Below the pieces are notes generated by a model. That model had not been told where the DNA came from. It searched no databases and was given only the letters and a program-made list of their open reading frames with translations. The position numbers and the translations under genes were made by a program. A DNA stretch of 63,903 bases, counting the filler, from Olpidium bornovanus S191 (taxonomy: Eukaryota; Fungi; Olpidiomycota), in NCBI GenBank assembly GCA_017911155.1. It is 24 parts of 24 records of this genome, joined end to end, with 100 filler letters (N's around TTAATTAATTAA, not from the genome) between each part and the next. Parts side by side here need not be neighbours in the genome. Positions count along the whole stretch, not along the records: positions 16,674 to 22,583 come from JAEFCI010003331.1; positions 22,684 to 25,365 come from JAEFCI010003018.1; positions 25,466 to 26,945 come from JAEFCI010004963.1; positions 27,046 to 28,201 come from JAEFCI010005330.1; positions 28,302 to 31,488 come from JAEFCI010000919.1; positions 31,589 to 33,365 come from JAEFCI010007382.1; 18 more parts are not named here. The stretch is one strand, 5' to 3'. Shown here one piece after another: positions 20,390 to 32,908 of the stretch. The first letter of the stretch is position 1. Every line of letters starts with the position of its first letter.

Positions 20390-22583
20390 ATGAGTCCGAC
20401 GCCAGCCCCGCGTCCGGCCCCGGCGGAGGACACGGCCTCACAAGCGGCACCCAGCTCTTGCGTCGTGGCGAGCGAAGAAGCGCAGGCGGCCGGTGGCGTG
20501 ACAGCCACGCGACCGCGGAAGTTCTTTCCTCTGTTTTCCAGGGAGCAGACACCCGCGCAAGGTGTGTAATCACACGGATTGCGACGTGGTAGGTGTGCCG
20601 CGCACGGTCGCTTACCGGGACCCGCGGACCCGCGTCCACCGCCGCAGACGACACTTCGGGTCTCGCGGCCGTCTCTGACACCACCGGCAAGCCGACGTCG
20701 CCCAAAATTCCTGCAGACACGAACCGACCTCAACAACAGCCTGGAACAACGGTTCTCGAAGCACACCAGGGGCAACTTCGCAACGACCGCCCCCAGGACC
20801 ACGAAGAGGACGCCCGGGGAAAGCTCTCCGTAATGCTGTCCGAGAAGGCAATGAACTTTTTTGCTCCGCGCCGCCCACAGCGTGCGTGCAGTCCGTCTGC
20901 AAGCTGGCAGCAGTTTGCTGATGTCCGACCAGTGTGCAGTGCCCCTTGGCCAGGGTCAAGCGGCGTGCCGAATACACACGTCCGCCAGCTGGGCGAAGGG
21001 GCTGCAGCAAACCAGAGCCCCAGCAGCGATAGCCAACGAAAAGTGCGGGGTCAATCTGGATATTGGCCATTGCGGTCCGAAGGAGTCAGAATTTCCGTGC
21101 TCCCCTCTAATCCGTCCGTCTGGCGACCTTCCCCAGAGGTTGAGCGTCCCGTAGCGCAGAACGTTGTCCGGTTGCCGCCGTGCGATGACCGTTATTTGAA
21201 CGTGTCAGAGCTGCTTCTACAATTTGACGAAACATTCGCTGATTCTCACTCGGATTTCCTTCGACCGTGCGCTGCGCTACGGAAGCGGCTGCTTGAGGGA
21301 TTTGCGAGTACCGGCGAAGCTTCTGAAGCGAATGCCGCCGCAGAACACAATCTGTTGGACGTTTACTATCCGCATAGCGTTAACGACGTCTTGGGAAGCC
21401 AAAGCAGGGCGAATGCCCAATCTCTCGCTGACTGGCTGAAACAGTGGGCAATCACTCCTTTAGGGGAACCCACCGACGGTAGAGATCCCTCTGTAAAACT
21501 TCCGAAAAAGACGGGCAAGAAGCAGAAACGGAAGACGAAGGAACGCCCTGATAGCCTGGATGGCTTTATCGTCGACGTCAGCGGGGCTGAATGCTCATCA
21601 TCCTCTGTAGAGGACGACGACGGGCGGACACGTCCGCTCCCGGTCATGGTCCTGGTGGGGCCGTCTGGGAGCGGTAAGACGTCGGCCGTTCACGCCGCCG
21701 CTCGGGACACCGGCTACGATGTGTTCGAAGTGCACCCCGGCATGAGGCGTTCCGCAAAGGACCTTTTGACGCTGGTCGGAGAGGTCACGCAGAATCACGT
21801 CATGGCCGGTTGGGATGTGAGAGAAGAGGAACAATTCTTGCCGGGCGCTGAAAGCGAAAATGCGAGGCCCAAAATCGCTAGGGAACACTGCGTTACAGTA
21901 GCGACTGACGTTTCGACGGATGGCTCTACGGCGACGACGGAATTATTCGAACGCCGCGACCGGAAACGCAAGAAGGGCCAGCGACGCACACCTCTGCCGC
22001 AAAATGAGGCGGACTCGGCCACGGTGACGAGAAACAAGTGTTTTTGGGAAAAGATGGGCTTTACCCGAGCTAGTCCAAAACCAATTTTCAGCACCGTACC
22101 GTCCAGCGGCGGGACAGAGTCCTCGTCATCTTGTTCTCCAGTCCCTGTCCCCGCCGAGTTGCCTATTATTCTTGCGGAATCTGACGCTCCAGAACTCACA
22201 CCAGACGCTGAGGACGGAAATTTACCACAGCCGGCAGAGTCGGAGCTGATGGTGAAAGTACAACGTTTGGTGGCTTCGTCGTCCGCCAAGCCGTTGCTAA
22301 TCCTACTTGAGGAAGCGGACATCACGTACGAAGAGGACCAGACATTTTGGAAGGCTGTAGCGACGTTGGCGGAGCGAAACCGGCGCCCGATAGTGATCAC
22401 TTGCAGCAGTAGGTCGGACTCGTCCAGCCGTTGGTCGCAGTGTCCTTCGTTTCTCCGTGTCTAAATTCTCCGCACTTTCAGCTCTGGACGGTCTGGATCA
22501 TTACCTTATCAGCGAGTATATTTACGCCACACTCACTTTCGAGCCCGTTCCGCGGGTTGAAATGATACCCTATCTTTACATGC
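20390..22583 (+). CDS. ELG1: Elg1/ATAD5 RFC-like AAA+ PCNA unloader, 3' partial
   Basis: Walker A VLVGPSGSGKTSAV, GYDVFEVHPGMRRSAKDL and Walker B region LILLEEADITYEEDQTFWKAVATLAERNRRPIVITC. The start codon is tentative. Confidence 0.88.
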
Positions 22584-23621
22584 NNNNNNNNNNNNNNNNN
22601 NNNNNNNNNNNNNNNNNNNNNNNNNNNTTAATTAATTAANNNNNNNNNNNNNNNNNNNNNNNNNNNNNNNNNNNNNNNNNNNNCCGCCCACCCCGCCCCC
22701 CCCCCCCCCTTCCCCCCCCCCCTCCCCCACCACACGCCGCTTTTCTAACAACCGCGACAACAACAAAAAAGGAAAGTCAACGACTCAAGCAAAACGCCGT
22801 AACTCCAGGCATTTTTTTTGGCAACTTCGCAGGTTTGCGTCCATTACCCCTCAAAAAAAAATCTCTGCATCAATCTTTTCCCTGCGGACACGTCGTAACA
22901 TACCCCCTCCATCGCGCCGCCTAACACCCTTCCCCCGCCCCGCTCCGCCCCGCCCCGGACGAACCCCGCCTCACAAACTACCGACCGCAAGCGATCTGGC
23001 CCAACTCCACCCCCTTCTTCATTTGGTTTTTATTAATTTGATAATGTCCAATCGCTTTTGTATGGCCCTCCTCTCCACCACGTTCCCCCACGCTCCCCGT
23101 ACGTCTGACCGCATTGTGTTGTTTTCGAAATTTTTCGAAATGCGAGCAGTCGTAATGCTAGCAGTTTAGTAGTTGTTGTTTTTTTTTTTTTTTTTTTTTG
23201 TTTTTCCTGCCTGCAAAATCACGACCAGGCTCCCAGTGTCTCTGTGTCCCTTTCTTTCGGACGACGAGACAACGTCGACTGTCAACGTGTCCCGCGCGGC
23301 CGCGTGCCTGGAACGTGGGGAGAGTTGTTCACCGGTCGTCGGCAACCTCGACGGCGCCATCTGACCAGCGATGCAGCACTGTGCCGGGGGCGGTATCCGG
23401 GGGCGGGGGTTGTGCGGAGCGGGGAGAGCGGGCGGGGCGGGGGGAAATTGGGGCGGAAAGGAACGGCGCGTGCACCGGCGGCGCGGGTGAATTCTTAATT
23501 TTTTTTTTTTCTTTTTTTTTCTTTTTCTTTTCTTCACAACCTCCGAGAGAGGAAACTGAGAGAGAGAAAGAGAGAGACCGATCGACGACCGGGACGGAGA
23601 GCGGAGGGAGGAGAAGAAAAC

Positions 23622-25365
23622 ATGCCCGGCCCTGCCGCCGCCGCCTCCGCCGCCACCTCTGCGGCCGTGCCCGCCGCCCTTGCCGCCGCCGCGAAGGACG
23701 CCGTCTGCGCCGGGGACCTGGCCGCCCTGCGCGCCCTGTGCGGAAGCGGCGTTTCTTCGCACCCGCGGCCGGCGCTTCTTGCCGAGAGGTACAGGGAGAC
23801 CCACGGCACGACGCTGCTTCTCCATGCCGCGGCGAACGGCCAGGACGACGTCGCCCGTTACCTCCTCAAGGTGAGGAGGCGCCAGGCGGGTGGAAAATCA
23901 AAAGGGAATTGAAAAGAAAACAATCGCGTTTTCTGCGGTCCGCTGATGACGGCTCAACGCCAGCTAGGCTTGGACTCTAACGCCGCCAACGATTACGGGT
24001 GGACAGCGCTCTGCGTCGCGTCGTACCATGGGCATTTGTCCATGGCTCGGCTGCTTCTCGCGCACCCCGCGGTCTTGCGGGACGGCGTGGAAGGCAAGGG
24101 CGTCACCCCGCTCCTGTGCGCCGCCCAGGGCGGCCACGAGCCGATCGTGCGTCTGCTGCTGGACGTCGGCGCCGATCCAAACGCGCGGTTCGGGGGGCCC
24201 GCTCCGGGGGCGGCGGCGGCGGCGGCGGGCGGTACGGCGGACGCCGAAGGCCCGGCGCTCGGCCCGGGAGCCGCGACCGCGACGATCAAGCCGACGACGG
24301 TCACGACGACACCCACCCCGCTGATGGTCGTGTGCCTCAACCAGCGCCCCGACATCGTCGCGCTCCTGCTGCGGCACCGCGCCAGCTGCAACGCGCAGTG
24401 CAGGCTCAACGGCTGGTCCGCGCTCATGTACGCCGTCACCGGCGCCAGGACTTCGGTGATCCGGGAAGACGCCGCGGCTTCCGAGCGCGGGGGGCCCCGA
24501 GCCGCCGAGGGCGGGTCCGCCGCCCTGGGCGTTGCTCGCGACATTCTGTGCATGTTGCTCGAGCGGGGAGCCAACGCCCGCCTCCGCGCCCTCGACGGCC
24601 GCTCCGCCTTGGATTTGGCGGAATCGATCGAGCGCCTGCGTCCCCTGTCCGATTTGATGCGGGACGGCCGGTGGGTCAGACAACGCCCGGAAGACGAGGC
24701 CTTTAACGGACGCCACGACGACATAGAAAGTCAGGGTGGACCAGTAGTTTTGTTGCGCGAAAGCGCCGCTCGCTCCTTTTTCATTTTTACTCTTTCCTTA
24801 TTTTTCTCGTATCCCAATTTTTTCTTTTCTTTTGGTTTCTCTTTTCGTTTGCTTTTCTTTTTCCAGCGCATCACGACGAACTCGGCTGACTCCTTGATGC
24901 TACAAAAAAAAAAACGCACACACTTTCCTTGGCAGATGAGCGTGACGCCCTTCGACGACATCGCATCTTCGATGCCGTCAACTCAAATGATGCAGCCGGT
25001 TTGCATAACGTGCTCCTCGCAGACCCGAGCTCGTATCGATCAATCGATCCCAGTGACGGCTCGACGCCGCTGATCCTCGCCGCCTCCAGGGGCTTCATCG
25101 CGTGCGTGGAGGTGCTCGTGACGCACATAACGTCCCCGCTGCAGCTGCAGCGGGAACCTTCGTCGGCGCATCAAGCCGGGCCCCAAGATGCTGCAGATAG
25201 CCGTATCCTTGACGCGCGGGACGAGTCGGCCGGCTGGACCGCCCTCATGCACGCCGCCTACAACGGCCACCCGGACGTCGTCCGCGTGCTCATCGATCGC
25301 GGCGCGAGCGTGTCCGTTCGCAGCGGCGGAACCGGGCAGGGTTGCACCGCGGCCGAGATCATCAG
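23622..25365 (+). CDS. Multi-ankyrin-repeat protein, ANKS6-like, 3' partial
   Basis: Repeats GTTLLLHAAANG, YGWTALCVASYHGH, GVTPLLCAAQGGH, TPLMVVC, GWSALMYA, DGSTPLILAASRG and AGWTALMHAAYNGH. Introns 23871-23963 and 24736-24935 splice in frame. Confidence 0.85.
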
Positions 25366-25632
25366 NNNNNNNNNNNNNNNNNNNNNNNNNNNNNNNNNNN
25401 NNNNNNNNNTTAATTAATTAANNNNNNNNNNNNNNNNNNNNNNNNNNNNNNNNNNNNNNNNNNNNACCCCTTTTTTCGGGCAGAATAAATAAAGAGAGAG
25501 AGAGAACGTCTCCAGGCCTTCAAGAGAAAAAAAAGAATATTTTTTTCGTTCGTCGTCGCTTCGCTGACACCGCCGCACGCGCCATGCACACACGCACGCA
25601 CGCACGCACACACAAACACATACACCCCACAG

Positions 25633-26613
25633 ATCGATCCCGCGATATTCTTGGTCTGGTTGCGGATATTGCACCGAGTCCCGCATTCGATCCTATGGCT
25701 CTTAAAATTTCCCGCCGCGGGCGAGGAACACCTCCGGAGAACGGCTCTTGAATGGGGAGGAGACGACGTAGCAAACCGGGTCATTTTTACAGGTGCGTTT
25801 GTGGGCGCGCGCGTGCGCCTGTGTGGTGTGTTTGTGCGCTCCTCCCCTCCCCGCGTTCGTACTCTTGTCCTGTCCATTGTCCCAACGCGACTGGCCTCAC
25901 CCGACTCGTTTCTTATTTTATTTTATTTTATTTTTGATCCAGACGTCGCCCCGAAGCACATCCACATCACCCGCGGACGGGTGGCCGACATTTTTCTGGA
26001 CACGCCCGAGTGCAACGCGCACACCACCGCGGCGGACATTCTCTGGTCCGGCACGCCGATCGTGACGCACGCGCGGCACCTGCACAAGATGTGTTCGCGG
26101 GTCGCGGCTTCGATCGCGAGGACGACGGGCGACGATTGCGCGGCGCAGATGGTCGTGGCGTCCGAAAAGGAGTACGAGAACCGGGCCGTGGAGCTGGCAA
26201 GCGGGCTCCGCTGGGAGCTGGAGGGCGGGCACGAGTCCGCGGGCCCGCCGCCCGGGGAGCACCTGGGCCTGCCGAGCCCGCGCGTGGTGCGGATAAGGGG
26301 CCCGCTGGCGGAGCTCCGGAAGTCGCTTTTCCTGTCCCGCGATACTTCGCGTCTCTTCGACACCCCGCGGTGGACCCGCAACCTCGAGAAGGGTCTCTGG
26401 GAGGCCTGGAGGCGGTGGGAGATCGGCGAGGAGTGGGGGGCCTTCGCCGCCGCCGGCGGCCGCGGCGGCGCCGGGTTCAGGTTCGGCACCGAAGAGGCGT
26501 GCATCTGGGTCGCCGACGACGACGACGGCACATCCGCGCAGCGGTACGGCCGGTCGGCGAGAAGACCTCTCCGGTCGGCGTCGGGCGGGAGCGGCGGTGG
26601 CGGCAACAAATGA
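25633..26613 (+). CDS. OGT: O-GlcNAc transferase, C-terminal GT41 catalytic part, 5' partial
   Basis: WLRILHRVPHSILWLLKFP and ADIFLDTPECNAHTTAADILWSGTPIVT...MCSRVAASI. Intron about 25792-25941. Confidence 0.93.
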   Translation: MDPAIFLVWLRILHRVPHSILWLLKFPAAGEEHLRRTALEWGGDDVANRVIFTGAFVGARVRLCGVFVRSSPPRVRTLVLSIVPTRLASPDSFLILFYFIFDPDVAPKHIHITRGRVADIFLDTPECNAHTTAADILWSGTPIVTHARHLHKMCSRVAASIARTTGDDCAAQMVVASEKEYENRAVELASGLRWELEGGHESAGPPPGEHLGLPSPRVVRIRGPLAELRKSLFLSRDTSRLFDTPRWTRNLEKGLWEAWRRWEIGEEWGAFAAAGGRGGAGFRFGTEEACIWVADDDDGTSAQRYGRSARRPLRSASGGSGGGGNK

Positions 26614-27458
26614 AGCGCGCGCAAACCCCGCACCCCGCTTCCCCCCTTTTTCCACGAAAAAAAAAATCGAGATTTTATGTAGTTCCCGCTTCCCTCCTCC
26701 CTTGCTCGCCCGCCCAACCTTCACCCTCCTTCCCCTTGCATATCTCGTTTTCTTCCCGCGCGTCTGCTTAAATAAACCACCCCATTTTTTTTTTCGCTGA
26801 TCACAATAGAGCCCGTCATAGAAAAACAAAAACAAGCAGAAAAAGAGGGGGAGGGGGGGAGGAGATATTGGCGGTGAGGGGGGTTTTTTTTTTCGATTCT
26901 TCTTTCTCGGCTGCGGCGCGGAACGCTTGCCCGAGGAAGAGGGGGNNNNNNNNNNNNNNNNNNNNNNNNNNNNNNNNNNNNNNNNNNNNTTAATTAATTA
27001 ANNNNNNNNNNNNNNNNNNNNNNNNNNNNNNNNNNNNNNNNNNNNAAAGGAGGTCTTGAGAGAGACCAACAAGGGGGAATAGAGATAGAGAGAGAGATAA
27101 AATAAAACGTTTTCTTTTTACGGCTTTGCGAGCCCAGCACATTGATCTGACCCTGTTGTGGCATGCCGCGGCACCAGTCGTGAAAGATGTGGCGCGGTCA
27201 TGGAGCCCGCTGGAGGGCCGCTGGACAAAACGAGAAGGAAGGGGGAAGGGGGGGGGGGGAAAACGGAAATAGCCGCGAGGGACTCAGAACAAAAAAACCC
27301 CAGTGAACAAAAATTCCATTCCTCCCGGCCAGCTCGCGCGAGGCGCGCCATATTGCAAACGAACAGCAGCGCCCGTTTCGAAGTGCCGCAACCGTCTTAT
27401 TAGATACCAAGATAAATAGTGTAGTATGTTGGTCTATTATGATATGACACAGCTCTGG

Positions 27459-28201
27459 CTAAGCAGCCAGGCCTTCCGCGGCGTCCGAATGGTTCCTGAT
27501 CGGGGGAGGAGGACTCTTGGCTATTTGGGGATCCGCAAGTCCCGTGGCGGAGGCCTGCCAGCTGACGTCTTCGAGCCACGAAGACACCGAAGACACCGAA
27601 TCCGGCCTGGCGGTTTTCTGAAGCGGAGACAGGCCCGGCTGCCCGGCTGCCGGCAGGATCTGCAGCGGCGCGGGCGGCGCAGCGAAGAGCCGAAAGTCCG
27701 GCGACTGGGCCGGGCGGACGTCCTCGGCCGCCGCTGCAGCATCCCGCGAGCGCAGCTCGCCGTCGTCAGTCGACACCCGGAGTTTCGGCGCGAGCGCCGG
27801 CGAGACGGGCTCCGAGGGCAGGCGCGACCCGCTCTGCAACGCAAAGTCCAGAATGATCGGCACCGTCACCCGAGACGCGGACGTGGCGTCGGAGTAGCGA
27901 CGACCGGCGGCGAACGGCAGCGGCGAAGGCAGCGGCGACAGCTGTTCCCGGAACGACCTCGCCAGCCCGTCCTCTTCCTCGCGGGGCGTGCGCGGAAGGC
28001 CCAGCAACCTCGTCAGCCGGTCGTCTTCGCCGGGCGTGCGCGGAGGCCCCCAGACTGCGCTGGGCAGGTTCGGCTGAAGCGGTGCGTCGCAGGCGGTGAC
28101 CAGAGCGGAGGGCGGGCGATTCTTGGCGGCCGGCCGGTCTTTTACCCGGCCCCTGGATCTTTTGATGACGAGGTAGAGCCCCGCGGCAACGAGAACGCAT
28201 G
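27459..28201 (-). CDS. C-terminal part of a single-pass membrane protein (end of TM helix plus S/P-rich tail), 5' partial
   Basis: Open from the contig end: CVLVAAGLYLVI followed by basic KRSRGR, a duplicated GxPRTPxE(E)xDxLxR unit and an S/P-rich tail to the stop at 27459. Confidence 0.45.
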
Positions 28202-28470
28202 NNNNNNNNNNNNNNNNNNNNNNNNNNNNNNNNNNNNNNNNNNNNTTAATTAATTAANNNNNNNNNNNNNNNNNNNNNNNNNNNNNNNNNNNNNNNNNNN
28301 NGTTGGAAGTAGGCCATTATTTCGGGAGTGATGCCGGCCGGTGCAGCATTGAGCAATGCCCATAGTTGCTGGTGAGCGGATGTTCTTTTCAAGGGTTCTA
28401 ATGAACTGGCGTTGCTACCATGTAACAAGTGAAGTACTTAATCTGCGCAATGTGCTATCTGGAGATTGTA

Positions 28471-28638
28471 TTTCACGAGTCTGGGTCTGGGTCTGGGTCT
28501 GGGTCTGGAGCTAGCTAGGGATTCTGCTTAGCTGTTGTGCTGGATGCGCGCTACTCCCGGTAAGGGCTTGACGTAGCCCGAGAAGGGTTTGACATAGCCC
28601 GAGAGGGGTTTGATGCCGCTGGAGCGCGCGCTGTGACA
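28471..28638. mobile_element. Short solo-LTR-like element, same family as 6662-6846
   Basis: TTTCACG-(TCTGGG)4 start, tandem GCCCGAGA(A/G)GGGTTTGA units with a 20-nt period and a GCGCGCGCTGTGACA end. Confidence 0.5.
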
Positions 28639-30192
28639 ATAAGCATTGATTTTTGCATAATGTATTTTGCAAAATACGTCACATGGGCGCCGGCCTCCAT
28701 CATGGGCGTGTTGGGCGGGCGCCGAGCTAGTTGCCAATCCTCTTTTCCTCGTGTAATAAAGGATGTCCTTTGTTTTCAGCACGTATGTCCAGGATTGTGC
28801 TGCGAAGACAGATTGGCCGAACTAGGTTCTAGACAGACACTGAACCAGCCGGTGCGGAGGTCTTTCGGACGATGATTACACGCTTACCACAAAGGTTATA
28901 ATTGCTAAAGCATTGTAATTGTCAATTCCAACAATTTGCCGCAGCTGATGCTTCGGCCATGCCCTCTCGCAATTTCGCAGTAGTCAAACTCTTTATGAGC
29001 ACGTAGGGCGTGATTGCTTCTTCATATGCCAGCGGCATAAATGTTTTCGTGAAACCATCAACGAGCTGTTGCCACTGCAGCCATCTTTGAAGATCCGGTG
29101 CATGCTAACAGCATAAATGCAAGCTTGGGCGCCTGTCGGCGCCGCTGGAGTTCTGCAAAAATGGCAACCACGCCCGTCCACGGTGATTCCGCGTTACCAA
29201 TGCACACCATCGGCCTGGCTTTGGCTCGAGTGTGAACCATTTCCTTGGGAACAGTCACTCTTCCATCGAAAGAATTGTCGCCCGAACGCACCCTTGCATA
29301 CATGATTCGCGTCAAGCATGAAGGATGCCGCTGCACAACCACAGTCAGCAAAGAATAGAGTTTACCAGCCAGCAAACGGGTGAAGGGTTTGTCATTACCA
29401 GGCTCAGCTGGCATGCCTGCCAAGATGTCCTTCATCAAGACAACGCGGACGGGCCCACAGGTAAATTAGGAATGCCCGGGACCAGGGCAAATTGTGCCTG
29501 CCTCTCCCAAAAAGCCTTCATAAAACGCTGCATCAGTCTTGCCAAGACAAAAATTTTGCTTTGGCTGCAAGCGGTCCCCATAATAAGGAGATAACGCTTA
29601 TCCTGCGCTCTAACCGCCAGAGTAAAGTGACTCCAGGTTGATAGCGCGAGAGATGTTGTGCTCCAGGGATGCACACAGAGCTTACTGTACCACCCATTCC
29701 CATCGACTTCAGGGCGCAATGAACTGTTGTCGCGGCGCATCGCGAATCCGAAACCGACAAGCAGCGCCGTAGCGTTTTCTGAAAGGGCAGGCGAAGGAAT
29801 CGTCGCCGGAAATTTGCTAAGATTTGGGTGTACTGCTGGGTGAGCGCTGACGTGTCTTTGCGTGCCGCCTCCTGTCAAGCGTGTAAATGTCCGCTGTGAC
29901 GCGCAAGTTCGGTTCGCTGGACACCCTCTTGTATCTAAGCGCTCGCCGCTAAATGCCGTTGACCGCCTCGTTGGCGAGTACAGGATTCAGAGAAAATGCG
30001 TCGGCTAAAAGGTCACTGTAGCGCCGACAATGTTGGCCCACCGAGAGCCCGTTCGGCCGATCTGTCCCCGCAGTGCAATAATAATTGAATTGCTCCGTCA
30101 AATTTCGCCCACGCATTTTCTTTTTCCCCGCCCACCGACCACCGTAAAACACGCAAACCCACGCAGCTTCCTCGTTTGTGCGCCGCGCGCAA

Positions 30193-31295
30193 ATGTCGTC
30201 GGGCGCCCGCCTCGTCCTTCTCCCCAAGGGCCTGGCCGGCCGCCTCCAGGGCGTCCGCACGCCGCTCGCACCTGCGCTGCTGCGGCGGTGTCGCTTTGCG
30301 GCGGCGGGAGCCAAGCTAAGCTCGTCGTCCTCCCCTCCTCCGCGCGCCACTGACGCGGACTACCGGCAAAACCAACAGCCCCGCCAGCAGCCCCGCCAGC
30401 AGGCCCACCCCCAGCAGCAACAGCAGCAGCAGCAGCAGCAACAACAGCAGCAGCAGCAACAGCTCCAGCCGAACGCGAGACAGAACGAGGGCGACGTTTC
30501 CGAGATTTATGCCGACGTTGCGTTGTCGCGTTTGCGGCCGCTGGTCCAGCGGACGGGCATTGTGGATGACACCGAGGCTGTCGGCGACGCGCCGCGCTTC
30601 GGTGCACCGCCGCCGCAGACTACAGCAGCGGATGTCGAATCCCTACTCTTCGGCGAGCCGTACATAATGAAGGGGCCCGTCAGGCCAGGCCGGTTAGAAG
30701 TTGACGCCTTGTCGGCGAAGAGAAACCGTAAGCCAACCACTTTCTTGTTTTACGCTGCGTTGGAGCTGGTTTCTTCTTCGCGTCATAGTCAAAACCTTAA
30801 GACTTTCGACGTGACTGACGCTTCCGGCGCATATCCAATCTCTCAGACGGCGATTTCTGGATCGCGCAACCGCTTGGCCTCCGCTACCGCGAACCCTACT
30901 TCTCCGCTCAAGACATGGAAGGGGCGGCTCGAACGTTTTCACAAACGGAAATCGACGCACTTGTTGACGTCTTCTTCGACAATGCCGAGAAAGCCTTGCA
31001 GAAACACCTTCTTACCCGCGCGCTGAATAGACGTGCCTGCTTCAGCGCCAAGACACGACCCTCACGACAGCGCCTCGAGGGCGCAGTCGTCGGCGTCCCC
31101 TCGTTTCACCCCCGGATCCCGCACGGCGCCCCAGGCCGTCCTGTGGCGGCGGAGCCTCTGTTGACCAGAGCCGGGACCAAGAGTAGTGTTATTAAATGGC
31201 GGAAGCGGATGGTGAAGAAGGTCAAGTGGAGAAGGCAACAGAAGGAGAAGTTGAGGAAGCGGATCTCATCGGGGGGAAGTCAAAAGGCGGGCTGA
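30193..31295 (+). CDS. Mitochondrial protein with poly-Q and a basic C-terminus, COX24/mS38 (DUF1713)-like
   Basis: R/L/A-rich presequence-like N-terminus and Q-run. The C-terminal SSVIKWRKRMVKKVKWRRQQKEKLRKR resembles the DUF1713 basic motif. Exon junction near 30700-30900 unresolved. Confidence 0.45.
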
Positions 31296-31588
31296 ATGAA
31301 GAACACTGCTATTTGCCTGGGACGGTCTCCCCAGTCGGATCGGGAAGGAAGCGGTCCGCGTGTTTTGCATGACAACTCTAGCATCACTCCGCCGTTTTCT
31401 TGGTGCATAGTCCTTGGTGCCTTTCCATCTACAGAGGAATATTTTCAAGCGAGAGAGCAAAGAGTTTAGTTCTACTTCAAATAAATAANNNNNNNNNNNN
31501 NNNNNNNNNNNNNNNNNNNNNNNNNNNNNNNNTTAATTAATTAANNNNNNNNNNNNNNNNNNNNNNNNNNNNNNNNNNNNNNNNNNNN

Positions 31589-32908
31589 CATGAACTCCAG
31601 AATTTCTCTCTCGGCGACTACGAGCGGGCCCTGCTTCAGCTCCGTCGGTCGGTTATATTGCCGGAGGTTGAAGCAGCGCTGACATACCACTTGTTTTTCC
31701 GCTTCTATGGGCACGAGCTTGATGTTGTCTTCAAGCTTTTTGATTGGCCCGCACGTCGGTTCGCTCTCAGCAGCGGTACCGGCAACATTACACGACTCTT
31801 CGTCGATCTGTCGCAACTGCGCGGTCAAATCAGCCTGCTTCAGCTTTCCTTCGAAATTTCTCAGCTCGGTGGTGGTGAGGGGATTTCCCTCGGCATTGAC
31901 CCACTGGAACTGCGTCGCCGCGCTTTCCTTGGCGGTCACTTCTCCCGTAATTCCCGCAAAGTCCTCGTAACCGACAACTCCGTCCGTCTTGGAGGGCAAG
32001 GCTTGCCTTGATTCATACTCTGGGTCACTGTGGAATTTTGGAGGATATATAACTGGGCTCTGACCCTTTTCGTAAACAAAGTACTTGCGGAACTCGGGAT
32101 CAAGGGCCGCAACGATCTCGTCAAACTCCTTATTGCTAAGAGCCTTCTTGATCCGGCGCTCCGCGGACAGCGACTTCGCGGTCGCCGCAGCCAGCCCGGT
32201 GGGCCGAGGGAATCGGCCCTTACTAAAAGCGCTTCCGTACAAGTCACGGCCGTCGCCCCTGTCGCCGCCAAACTCGTCCGTTGTGCTCGGAACAAAGCCC
32301 ACTTCGTCCGGCCGCGTGTATTGAAAGAAGGCCCCGCAGCCGGGGCACTGGCCGCGGTCCTTGGGAACCGCTTTCGCACGTCCGCCCTTCGCGTTGACCA
32401 AGGATGGCGGCGGCGTCGACGGCACGGCCGGCGACTCGGCCTCCGGCAACAGCGACTGCATGAACTCATCCGCGCCCTGCACGTCGTCTAGGTCAGCGGG
32501 ATCCTCCGTAGCGGCGGGCCACTGCGCGTGGAGAGGGCGGGGCGTCGACGAAAAATTCCGCGTCGCGCGGCCGGGCGCAGAGAGAGGCGCTCCGGGCGGC
32601 GCTGCCGGCGCCGCGCGGGACCTACACGTGAGCCGCGCCGCCGCCGCCCGGGCGAGCGAGCGCGAGGGTTGCAAACCGGGCCAGTGAGGTTGCCTCCGCT
32701 TCGCGAGGACCAGCATCGTCGACTGGGCGGCGACCGGCGGCGGGACGAGGGCGGGAGCCGTGCGGGAAGGGGTGGCGCGGAAATGCTGGCCCGGCGTGAA
32801 GCAAGCGCCGGCGGCGGCTGCGCGCGCGCAGCGTCTGCACCCGGCGGCGTCCACCACGGCGAGGCGCGTGGCCGCGAGGCAGTCTGCCGCGGCTGCAGGA
32901 CGGACCAT
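31589..32908 (-). CDS. GEP3: Mitochondrial circularly permuted GTPase Gep3/NOA1 (YqeH family), N-terminal part, 3' partial
   Basis: Presequence-like N-terminus and split zinc finger CPGCGAFFQ...P.EVGF...VCQRCFNLRQYN. Confidence 0.8.
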
